DNA of 61,900 nt, filler included, from Candidatus Zapsychrus exili (lineage in GTDB: Bacteria; Omnitrophota; Gorgyraeia; Zapsychrales; Zapsychraceae): NCBI GenBank assembly GCA_030765585.1. It is 7 parts of 7 records of this genome, joined end to end, with 100 filler letters (N's around TTAATTAATTAA, not from the genome) between each part and the next. Parts side by side here need not be neighbours in the genome. Positions count along the whole stretch, not along the records: positions 16,076 to 32,911 come from JAVCCJ010000037.1; 6 more parts are not named here. One strand, given 5' to 3'. The notes under the pieces are model-generated. The model was not told the DNA's origin, searched no databases, and worked only from the letters and a program-made list of their open reading frames with translations. Shown here piece by piece: positions 18,593 through 28,900 of the stretch. A program made the position numbers and the translations under genes. Each line of letters starts with the position of its first letter. The stretch's first letter is position 1.

Positions 18593-19246
18593 ATGATTTA
18601 TTTCCTTTTAAGTGAAGATACACAATTAAAAGATAAAAAGATTGATGAGATAAAAAAGAAATATCTCCCTTCCAAAGAAGCACTTCAATTCGATTTTATA
18701 ATTATCCATGGAATAAAGCTAGATCCTGCAGAGCTGAAGAAAGCGCTTATCCAGTTACCTTCTGTATCAGAGAATAAGGTAGTTGTTATTCGCTCAGTGG
18801 AGAAGCTAAGTGCACAAAATAAAGATATAGTATTAAATTTTATTGATACAAAGTACGATGCTATTATTTTAGTGTTAGATTCTAACAGTCCCGATTTGGA
18901 TAATGCATTTACAAAGAAGATATCAAAGCAAGCAGAAGTTTTGCGTTTAAAATCTAATGTTAAATCTAATGTTTTTGATATGACAAATGCGATTGGCTTT
19001 AATAATCCAAAGAAAGCTTTAAAGCTTTTATTTGAGCTTATATCTAACGGAGATCATCCCCTACAAATCATGGGAGCGTTGGTTTGGTTTTGGGGAAAGA
19101 AGCGTAGCAAAGTTTCAAAAGAGAATTTTAAAAAAGGCCTCTTGGTTCTTCAAGAGGCCGATTTAAATATTAAAAGAAGTCGTTTAAATCCAGAGATAGC
19201 AGTTGAGATAGCGGTTGTTAAGCTGTGCTCTTTGCTAGCTTGCTGA
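18593..19246 (+). CDS. holA: DNA polymerase III delta subunit (short form)
   Basis: lptE-holA-rpsT synteny; NVFDMTNAI, LQEADLNIK motifs. Confidence 0.75.
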   Translation: MIYFLLSEDTQLKDKKIDEIKKKYLPSKEALQFDFIIIHGIKLDPAELKKALIQLPSVSENKVVVIRSVEKLSAQNKDIVLNFIDTKYDAIILVLDSNSPDLDNAFTKKISKQAEVLRLKSNVKSNVFDMTNAIGFNNPKKALKLLFELISNGDHPLQIMGALVWFWGKKRSKVSKENFKKGLLVLQEADLNIKRSRLNPEIAVEIAVVKLCSLLAC

Positions 19247-19481
19247 ATTTAGATTTTCTTCTGGATACAGTATTTTTGTGTAGTATGTTTCTTTTCGCTG
19301 CTTTATCTAGTTTCTTATGAACTATTTTTAATTCGTCTTTTACTTTTGTTTCGTTTTTGCTTTCAACAGAAGCAACGAATTTCTTGATAGTTTTCTTAAG
19401 ATCAGTTTTTATATCAAGATTGTGCATGTGCTTAGAATGATTTTTACGTAATTCTTTTATACCGGATCTTCTTTGTGGCAA
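19218..19481 (-). CDS. rpsT: 30S ribosomal protein S20
   Basis: LDKAAKRNILHKNTVSRRKS. Confidence 0.95.
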   Translation of the reverse strand: MPQRRSGIKELRKNHSKHMHNLDIKTDLKKTIKKFVASVESKNETKVKDELKIVHKKLDKAAKRNILHKNTVSRRKSKFSKLAKSTA

Positions 19482-19586
19482 TTGTAAACTCCTTAATTTA
19501 TTAAATACTTATTATTTATTTGCAACTTATGATTTTATGACTTATAGCCTATTTTCAAGGCGCAATAATATAGCAGAGAAGGATAT

Positions 19587-21179
19587 TTGATGTCAACTAA
19601 TAAATCACAACCAGCAATAAACTCAAAAGATTCGCATCGGTCTATAATAAAGTCTACTTCAATTCTTTCTTTGGGCACTTTAAGTTCTAGAATCCTGGGA
19701 TTCTTTAGAGATGTCGTTTTAGCAAGGCTTCTTGGCACAGGTATGGCTGCTGACGCCTTCTTTGTTGCCTTTAAGATTCCTAATTTATTTAGAGATATGG
19801 TAGGAGAGGGTGCAACAAATGCGGCTGTCGTTCCTATTTTTTCTGAATATTTGGAGAATAATGAAAGGGAAGCTTTTTGGAATTTTGTAAGCGTTGTTGT
19901 TACAACTGCGATGATTGTGTTAAGCGCTATAACCATTTTAGGAATTATATTCTCAGTATGGATTGTTAAGTTGATTGTGCCTGGCTTTATTGATGATCCT
20001 CAAAAGCTTAGACTTACCATAAGCTTAACAAAAATAATGTTTCCATATTTGATATTTATTGGCCTTACAGCATATAGTATGGGGATATTATTTACTTTCA
20101 GGTCATTTCGTGTTCCTGCATTTAGCCCGTGTCTTTTAAATATTTCTTTGATAACAAGCGCTTTTCTAGCTTCAAGGTTTATGAAAGAACCTGTTTTAGG
20201 ATTGGCAATAGGCGTTTTAGTTGGAGGAGTGTTGCAGCTTGCGGTACAGATTCCCTCTTTGATAAAAATAGGTATGAAATATAAAATTCCCAAGACCTTG
20301 GTTCATCCAGGTCTTTCTAAAATAGGGAGACTTCTCATACCTCGCATGATAGGAAGTGGAGTTTATCAGCTTACTGTTTTGATTGATGTGTTTTGCGCAT
20401 CTTTATTTACTATTGTAGGTCTAGGTGGCATATCAGCTATTTATTATGCAAATCGTTTAATACAATTTCCAATGGGGATATTTAGCGTGGCTCTTGCATC
20501 AGCAGTACTGCCTACTTTATCTGGTTTTGCAAATAGAAAAGATACTGAGTCTATTAAAAGAACAATTGTTTTTTCTCTTGAGAATATATTTTTCGTAATG
20601 TGTCCAACTACAATAATATATATCATTCTTTCATCTCCTATTATAAGAGCGCTTTTTCAGCGTGGAGAGTTTAATGCTTATTCAACTTCTATCACGTCAG
20701 GCGCGCTTGCATTTTATGCCCTAGGACTTTTTAGTTTTGGAGGAATTAAAATATTGGTGACCGCATTTCATGCATTACAAGATACAAAAACACCTGCTAA
20801 GGTCGCAGCTTTGTGTTTAGGTATTAATGTTGTTTTAAATTTTATACTTATGTTTCCACTGAAAATAGGCGGAATCGCCTTAGCTAGCTCAATTGCAGGA
20901 AGCATAGATTTCTTAGTGCTTTTTTATATTATGAATAAGCGCTTAGGCGGAATAGATTCTGGATTGTTTTTATATCTATTTAAAGTAACAGCAGCAGCTT
21001 TAATTACAGGGGTGTTCGTATTTTTATCTTGGAATGCATTTATAACAAATCATGAGATTACAAAATTATTCTTAATTGTTTTATTCGGCTATGCGTTTTA
21101 TGGATATATTTGTATTAAGTTTAAAATAGAGCAAGCAGAACATGTTTATAAATTTATTCTTTTAAGGTTTAAGAGATAA
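19587..21179 (+). CDS. murJ: Lipid II flippase MurJ
   Basis: SRILGFFRD, ADAFFVAFKIPNLFR..GEGA, YANRLIQFP, DTKTP. Confidence 0.95.
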   Translation: MMSTNKSQPAINSKDSHRSIIKSTSILSLGTLSSRILGFFRDVVLARLLGTGMAADAFFVAFKIPNLFRDMVGEGATNAAVVPIFSEYLENNEREAFWNFVSVVVTTAMIVLSAITILGIIFSVWIVKLIVPGFIDDPQKLRLTISLTKIMFPYLIFIGLTAYSMGILFTFRSFRVPAFSPCLLNISLITSAFLASRFMKEPVLGLAIGVLVGGVLQLAVQIPSLIKIGMKYKIPKTLVHPGLSKIGRLLIPRMIGSGVYQLTVLIDVFCASLFTIVGLGGISAIYYANRLIQFPMGIFSVALASAVLPTLSGFANRKDTESIKRTIVFSLENIFFVMCPTTIIYIILSSPIIRALFQRGEFNAYSTSITSGALAFYALGLFSFGGIKILVTAFHALQDTKTPAKVAALCLGINVVLNFILMFPLKIGGIALASSIAGSIDFLVLFYIMNKRLGGIDSGLFLYLFKVTAAALITGVFVFLSWNAFITNHEITKLFLIVLFGYAFYGYICIKFKIEQAEHVYKFILLRFKR

Positions 21180-21241
21180 GGTTTAAGGTGTAAGAAAAAC
21201 TTTTATTTAAACCTGAAACCCTAAACCTGAAGCCTAGCCTT

Positions 21242-22507
21242 ATGGATATCAAACAAAAAGTTAATTCATTGCCACTTACCAGCGGAGTTTATTTTATGAA
21301 AAACAAAGCTGGTAAAATTATTTATATAGGAAAAGCCTCTGTTTTGCGTAGACGAGTGCAGTCATATTTTGTAGGAAGCGCAGGAAGAGGACTGTCCCCT
21401 CGAGGGACTGTCCCGAGTACTAAGACCGATAAACTTGTTTTAAATATTTCTGATATTGATTATATTGAGACAGCTTCCGAGGCTGAGGCGCTTATATTAG
21501 AGGCAAGTTTAATAAAGAAACATAAGCCAAGATATAATATTGATTTAAAAGATGATAAAAGTTATCCGTATATTGTTGTAACAAAAGATGCATTTCCTCG
21601 AATATCTATTGAACGTCCAAGAATAAAGAAAAAAACAGCCAGGTATTTTGGCCCGTATGTAAATGCAAAATTAATTCGTCAGGCACTTTCTATTATTAGA
21701 AAGATTTTTTTGTTTAGAACTTGTGATCCTTTTCCAAAAAAAGAATGTCTTGATTATCATATTGAACTTTGTGATGGCCCATGTATTGGTAAGGTTTCAA
21801 AATCATATTATAAAAAAAGTATTAGAAATGTATGTTTTATTTTAGATGGCAAGAAAGATACTCTTTATCGTAATTTAAGAAAAGATATGGAGGAGGCTTC
21901 TTTGAAACAAAAGTTTGAAAAAGCTGCTTTAGCGCGCGATCAACTTCGTGCTATTTCAGCGCTTTATTCGGGAACTAAGGATATTAATTATTATAAGCAA
22001 GCAGAGCAGCTTAAAAGAATTTTAAATTTGCCGCGTAATCCTGAGAGAATTGAGGCATTTGATATATCTAATATATATGGTAATCAATCCGTGGGTTCTT
22101 GTGCTGTTTTCTTAAATGGAAAACCAGATAAAAAAAATTATAGACGTTTTAAGATTAAAAGCGTTGTAGGGATTGATGATTTTAGTATGATCGCTGAAAT
22201 TGTCAGAAGAAGATATAGCAGATTAAAGAAAGAAGGAAAAGCATTTCCAGACTTAATAGTTGTTGATGGGGGAAAAGGACAGTTATCAGCAGCTGTAAGA
22301 GAATTAAAACTATTGAGAGTAAATATACCAATTATATCTTTAGCAAAAAGAGAAGAAGAAATATTTGCGCCAAACAAAAGGGATTCAATAAAATTATCTA
22401 GCGATTCTTTGGGACTAAATTTGCTTAAACGCTTACGTGACGAATCTCATAGATTCGCAATAAATTATCATCGTTTGTTAAGAAGTAAAGAGGTCAAGAA
22501 GAAATAG
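21242..22507 (+). CDS. uvrC: Excinuclease ABC subunit C (short, no C-terminal HhH)
   Basis: GVY..IYIGKA, PRYNIDLKDDKSYPY, RIEAFDISN, DGGKGQL, RDESHRFA. Confidence 0.93.
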   Translation: MDIKQKVNSLPLTSGVYFMKNKAGKIIYIGKASVLRRRVQSYFVGSAGRGLSPRGTVPSTKTDKLVLNISDIDYIETASEAEALILEASLIKKHKPRYNIDLKDDKSYPYIVVTKDAFPRISIERPRIKKKTARYFGPYVNAKLIRQALSIIRKIFLFRTCDPFPKKECLDYHIELCDGPCIGKVSKSYYKKSIRNVCFILDGKKDTLYRNLRKDMEEASLKQKFEKAALARDQLRAISALYSGTKDINYYKQAEQLKRILNLPRNPERIEAFDISNIYGNQSVGSCAVFLNGKPDKKNYRRFKIKSVVGIDDFSMIAEIVRRRYSRLKKEGKAFPDLIVVDGGKGQLSAAVRELKLLRVNIPIISLAKREEEIFAPNKRDSIKLSSDSLGLNLLKRLRDESHRFAINYHRLLRSKEVKKK

Positions 22508-22508
22508 C

Positions 22509-22810
22509 ATGAAGCCAAGAAAACAATTAACTGAATTTCAAAGACAAGTTTTAAAAGCAACGCTAGATATATCAATAGGCGAAACTAGAACTTATAAGTG
22601 GATAGCAAAAAGGGTTGGTAACCCCAAATCTATGCGTGCTGTTGGACAAGCACTTGCCCAAAATCCTTATCCTATTAGAGCATACCTTGCCATAGAGTGA
22701 TTAAATCAGATGGTAGCCTGGGAGGTTATGCTGGCGGATCATCTGACAAAAAAGAGCATCTGCTCAAAATAGAGCAAAATATCCTATTTGAAATGGATCT
22801 CAAGAAGTAG
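22509..22810 (+). pseudogene. ogt: MGMT/Ogt-family alkyltransferase split by a frameshift
   Basis: RAVGQALAQNPYPI in one frame; IPCHRVIKSDGSLGGYAGG...KK* continues in another frame after an extra AG at ~22677-22680. Confidence 0.8.
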
Positions 22811-22904
22811 AGATTTATTTGCTTTTTTCCACCAAATATTGCATACTTTAATCTCCAGCCAATAAGTATTGTTAATAATAATATAATCTAATATAAGTTA
22901 ATTT

Positions 22905-25900
22905 ATGGATTTCGCTAGATATCATATAAAAAATAGGTATTTTATTAAGAAAATAAGCCTTTTTGTACTATTTTTCTTCTGTTTTGGCCTTATTGTCCCT
23001 CCAAGACCCTCTGCTCAGCCAATTCAAGCCCAAATTATAGCTACAAACTCTGGGGTTAACCCTACTTTAATTAAGGGATTAAATGTATTTCCTGATAATC
23101 CCTTTAGGTTTGATTTTATTATTGATCGGGGGCTAGGTTCTATGGCCGAGGGTCTAGAGTTTAAAGTCGAATCTGAGAAGTTAATAAAATATTTCCTTGC
23201 TGCCTTAACCGTACCCGAGGATGATCTGTGGGTTAATTTGTCCCCAATTGAAGAAGACAGAGTGATATCGGAAGACTTTGGAAAAACAGAGATGGGACGC
23301 CAGCTTCTAATCCAAGATTACCTTTTAAAACAAGTAACATCATCTTTAATGCATCCAGAAGGCGAGTTGGGTAAGAAGTTTTGGAATGAAATATATGGTC
23401 AGGCACAAAATAGATACGACTTATCAGACATAGAAACAGATGTATTAAGTAAGGTTTGGATTATGCCATCTGAAGCAGAGGTTTATGAACACGATAATAC
23501 TGTGTTTATAATTAGCGCTAAATTAAAAGTATTTCTTAAGGAAGGATATGAAGAATCTAACATTATAAAGGAAATAATTATACCGGAATTAGAGCGTCAA
23601 GTTAATGAAGATGAGACCTTTGCGCCGCTTCGCCAGGTCTATCATTCGCTCATACTAGCTGCCTGGTATAAACAGGTGTTTAAAACAAGTATTATTAATA
23701 AAATTTATTCCGATAAAAATAAAATAGCAGGTGTTAATCCAAATGATCCTGAGTTTAAAGAAAAGATATATCAGGATTATATGAAGACGTTTAAAGAGGG
23801 CGTATATAACCATATAAAAGAAGAGTATGACCCTAAAGCTAAATCAATTGTTCCTCGTAAGTATTTCTCTGGTGGTGTTTTTGGAAAAGTGACCCCAGTA
23901 CTTTCTATAAATAAAAATAGTCCAGACTCTGCAATGATAAGTGACGCAATCAAACATTCTAAAATTGTTCAAACTGTTATTAATCCATTTAAAAGAAAAA
24001 GAAAAGTTGTTGAGGATCCATATCCTCTTAAGCAAGATGAGCACATTTTTATAAGCATAGGAGACGTACAAGTTGCTATTAAAAAATATGATAAGAAAGA
24101 TAGCAATTCACATTTTCGTGATAATAAAAAAGATATAATCTTGTCGGAATCTGATATTAAAGCTTTTGAAGATAGAGGTTTTAAGCGGCACAGAATAAAA
24201 AGCGCTCTAAGGTTTTTACCGAAAACCCAGAAGCTTTATCATAAAATAAATTCCAAAAAAGAAGGCAGGTTAAATGCTTTTTTAATGATCAAAAAAGACA
24301 TTGAGCAAGTCATAGAAGCTAAACAAAAACAGGGCTTAAATGAAATAGTTGTTTATGAGATAGGTCCAGGAGAAGACTCAAAAGAATTTTTTGAAATAGT
24401 TAAGATGTTTAATGATGTGATTAAACAAAAGGCAGGTTTTGGCTGGATGTTAAAAATGGTAGTTTTGGATTATGATCGGAGCATCTTAGATAGTTTATTT
24501 GATAGTATTACTAGTAAAGAGAATAATATTTTATCAAATTTCTTGGATATAAACTTAGAAGTTGAATTGCATGCTGTAGATGTGTCAGATGTAAATGACG
24601 TCAGAGCATTGGCTAAGAAATTAAAGAAAATGAAGGAGCCGAAAGAATATGTTGATTATATGTTTGCTCGTAATGTTCTTTTAGCACAGGACATGGTTCA
24701 GGACGGACTTTTTGACTTTTTGCAGGATACTTCAAAAAAGGATATTCAAAGTTATATTTATTATACGGGTCTTTTTAAAAATTACGGATTAAAAAATATC
24801 TTCAATTCGTATCTTTCTCTTAAGAATATAGTAGGGTATTTTAGCAATGTTGGCACTAAGCTTATTGTTGAGCCAGCTTCTTTCTCAAGAGGAAAAATAG
24901 AAAAAGTTTTAAGAATCCCAGGCGCAGAAATATTAACAGCTAATCATTATGCAATTGATAATAAGTCTTTAAAACATGGGTTAAGGGATATAGGTACAGG
25001 AATTCATGAGATTAAGAATACAAAGATTATCGGAAGGAAGGGTATTGATTATTTTATTGAGCAGCCACAAGATAATGCAATGACAGCCGATGTTAATAGT
25101 TTTATTTTCTCAGAAAATAAAATTGAAGAGATAAAAAATTTATTGGATTCTAAGAATCAATACTCTTCACATCAAAAAGAGGAATACTTTAAGCATTTTC
25201 TATTATCAGATTTAGAGGAGATATTCTCTAAGAATTCTATATTTACGTCTTTGACAGGAAGTTTATTTAAGGAACTTTTAGTCACAGTAAAAGATATTTC
25301 TTATGATCAGTTTGACTGGATTGTTTATCGACTTTTTGAAATACAAAGACATGAAAAACAAATAAAATTTTCAAGTGTTAAAGAGCTTATAGAAACAATT
25401 TTGTCAGAAACGCCACCATTTTCTTTTGAGCATGATAGTTATGGTCCTAAATATTATGGAGTAGACAGGCTTGATGATTTTTTTGCTTGGAGTAGCGGAA
25501 CATCTTCTATGATTATTGATCAGTTTAAAAGCATGAAAAACATAGATTGGCCCAAAAAAGAAATTTTAGAGATATCTCCAGGCCAGGACGGAAAGATAAT
25601 TGAATTTTTGAAAAATAAAGGAGCAAAAGTATCTGCAGTTGATAGAAGTTTTAGGGGCGCTCGCTTAGCAAGACAAAAGTATGGGGTAGAAGCTAAAGTT
25701 ACGGATATTTTGGAGTTACTAGATAATCTTAAAAACAAGAAATATGATGTTATTGTGGCAGCATCTGTTTTGTCATATGTTATAGAAGATAACGCTTATA
25801 GATTGATAGAAGAAAATGTTGATAAGGTTATTAAAAGCATTAAAGGCTCTTTAAAAGAGGGAGGTTTGTTTTTCTGCACTTTTCATTTTGATGAATCTGA

Positions 25901-28900
25901 AAATGATGGGAAAGTTTATGATCATCGTCCATCTATGAAAGTACTAGACAAATTTAGAGCCGCAGGATTTGAAGTTGTAAGAAATATAAACAACAGAGAA
26001 CTTTTGATGTTCAGGAATACTCCAGAAGACTCTGTGATGATAACCGATGTTAATAGTTTTGTTTTCTCAGAAAATAAAATTGAAGAGATAAAGAATTTAC
26101 TGGATTCTAAGAATCAATATTCTCTACATCAAAAAGAGGAATATTTTAAGCATTTCCTATTATCAGATTTAGAGGAGATATTTTCTAAAAATTCTGTATT
26201 TGCGTCTTTGGCAGGAAGTTTATTTAAGGAGCTTTTAGTCACAGCAAAAGATATCTCTTATAATCAGTTTGATTGGGTTATTTATCGACTTTTTGAGATA
26301 CAAAGACATGAAAAACAAATAAAATTTTCAAGTGTTAAAGAGCTTATAGAAACAATTTTATCAGAAACGCCACCATTTTCTTTTGAGCATGATAGTTATG
26401 GACCCAAATATTATGGAGCAGACAGGCTTGATGATTTTTTTGTTTGGAGTAGCGGAACGTCTTCTATGATTATTGATCAGTTTAAAGGTATGAAAAACAT
26501 AGATTGGCCCAAAAAAGAAATTTTAGAGATATCTCCAGGTCAGGACGGAAAGATAATTGAATTTTTGAAAAATAAAGGAGCAAAAGTATCTGCAGTTGAT
26601 AGAAGCTTTAGGGGCGCTCGCTTAGCAAGACAAGAACATGACATAGAGTCTAAAGTTGCTGATATTTTAGAATTGTCTAAGACTCTCGGAGGCAAGAAAT
26701 ATGATGTTATCATGGCAGCATCTGTTTTGAAATATGTTATAGAAGACAATACTGGCAAATGGGTAGAAGAAAATGTTGATAAAGTTATTAAAAGCAGTAA
26801 AGGCTCTTTAAAAGAAGGAGGTTTGTTTTTCTGTACTTTTCATTTTGATGAATCTGAAAATGATGGGAAAACTTATGATCATCGTCTACCTATGAAAGTA
26901 CTAGACAAATTTAAAGCCGCAGGATTTGAAGTTGTAAGAAATATAAACAACGGAGAACTTTTGATGTTTAGGAATATTACAGAAGATAAAGCAATGATGG
27001 CAGATAAAAAGAAAGATGATCTTTTAGCGTTTTTCAAAAAATATAATGGCCCAATATATTATCCCGCAGGAGGAGTTGACTTGCGTTCTGTAAAGTTATT
27101 GGCTCATAGATTTCCAAAAGTTAATGAATTTATAATAGCAGATCCTTTTTATAAAGAGCAGGCTGAACCTATTTTTTATCTTAATAATATGAAATATACG
27201 AAAGATAATATGTCTGAAATATTAGAAAATATTTTATCAAATTTTGCAATGAGCGTAGCTTTAGGTCGAACAGAAATTATGGGGGAAATTATTAGCGAAG
27301 AGAACAAAGAGCTTAAAATAACTATTTTATTTAATGATCATAAAAAGGAGTATTTAAGTGATAGGAAAATAACTATACGATATCTTGTTAAAAAGTTTGA
27401 GAAATTAGAGGATAAGTTTGATGTTGTGTATGTCAGGATGCCAGGTGCAGGAGGAGATTTGTCTTGGGAAAGTAAATTTTGGGAGAATATTAAAGAACAA
27501 GTTTCTTCTGGTGGAAAGCTTTTGGTGAGTAGTAAGCATACAACTAGGCCATTCGAGGATCTTTTTACTTATCAGGCAGAATTTAAGAATCCTACTTCAA
27601 CATCAGGTAGCTTTTTTGTTTATGACAATGCGATGGTGGCAGAAAAACAAGGAATAAATTTCAAGGATGAAGGATTAAGAGATAAAGAGGTGTCAGATAA
27701 TGCGATGGTGATAGGACCAGAGACTAAATTGTTAGAGGAAATAGGTTTAAAGCTAGAAGATGTCTTGATTGAATTTGTAGAAGCAGAAAAAGGAACAGAA
27801 TTCTGGGGTTCAGAAGGATTTGTAGTTTTTTTAAAGGGCAAAATCGAGGATAAAAGTAACAAAGAAATTATTATGAGAAAATTAGGTCGTATGCTTGGCT
27901 TTAGCCATTCGGCGGTTGTTCAAGGATTAAATAATATTTTAAAAACGAATGGAATACAAATTAATAAAGAAAATGCAATAGCAGAAGCGTATGAACTTTT
28001 AGAGAAAGAGAAAGCCAGAGAGTATTTGCATAATATAACTAGACAAGTGTATGGAAAGCGTTCTTTTAATGAGATAGCAGTTAGTCAAAATTTAAGGGAA
28101 AAGGCTGAAATTTTAGAGAGCATAAGTTTAAAGCTAGAGGATGTCTTAATTGAATTTGTAGAAGTTGAAAAAGGAACAAAATTCTGGGGACCAGATGGAT
28201 TTGTGGCTTTTGTTCAAAGAAAAGCAAAGGATAATTTAACTATTCAACAATTAGCAAAAATATTTAATCTTAATGAAGAGGAGATATCGCAAGGTCTTAA
28301 AGAAGATTCTGTCATGAAAGATTTAAAACCAAAGAGTATTGTTTTTATTTCTGAAAGAAATAATTTTGGATTAAAGACAGAAGGGTATTTATCGCGCATT
28401 TCTACAACAAATCATAAAGGAAAAATAAATAAAAATGATAATGCGATGGTGGCAGATAGAAAAGCGGAATATTCTAAAATTATGAAAGAAGTTCTTCAAG
28501 AAGAAAATATGTTAAATGAATATGGCCAGATAAAAGATATAGAGCAGGCCGCTAAGCTTAATAATCAATTTTATAAGAAAAGGAAGGGCGAGAATGGTAC
28601 TAATAAAATATTAGTTGCTTATAATGCAGGTTCTTTGAATATGGATAAAGCTAGGCCACGTGGAACGATATTGGCACAAGGTATAGCAAGGGATTTAGGT
28701 TTTATATCTGATGATTTATGGAAAAAGCTTTCAGATAAGAAAGAAATTGTAAAAGAAGCGCATAGAAAATTGCTTCAAGAAGTTCTTAAAAAAGAGAAGA
28801 TGTTGGATGAAAAAGGAAAAATAAAGGACATCGAGAATGCCAATAAGCTGATAAATCAATTTTATATAGATAGGAATGGCGAAAAAGGTATTAATAAGGT

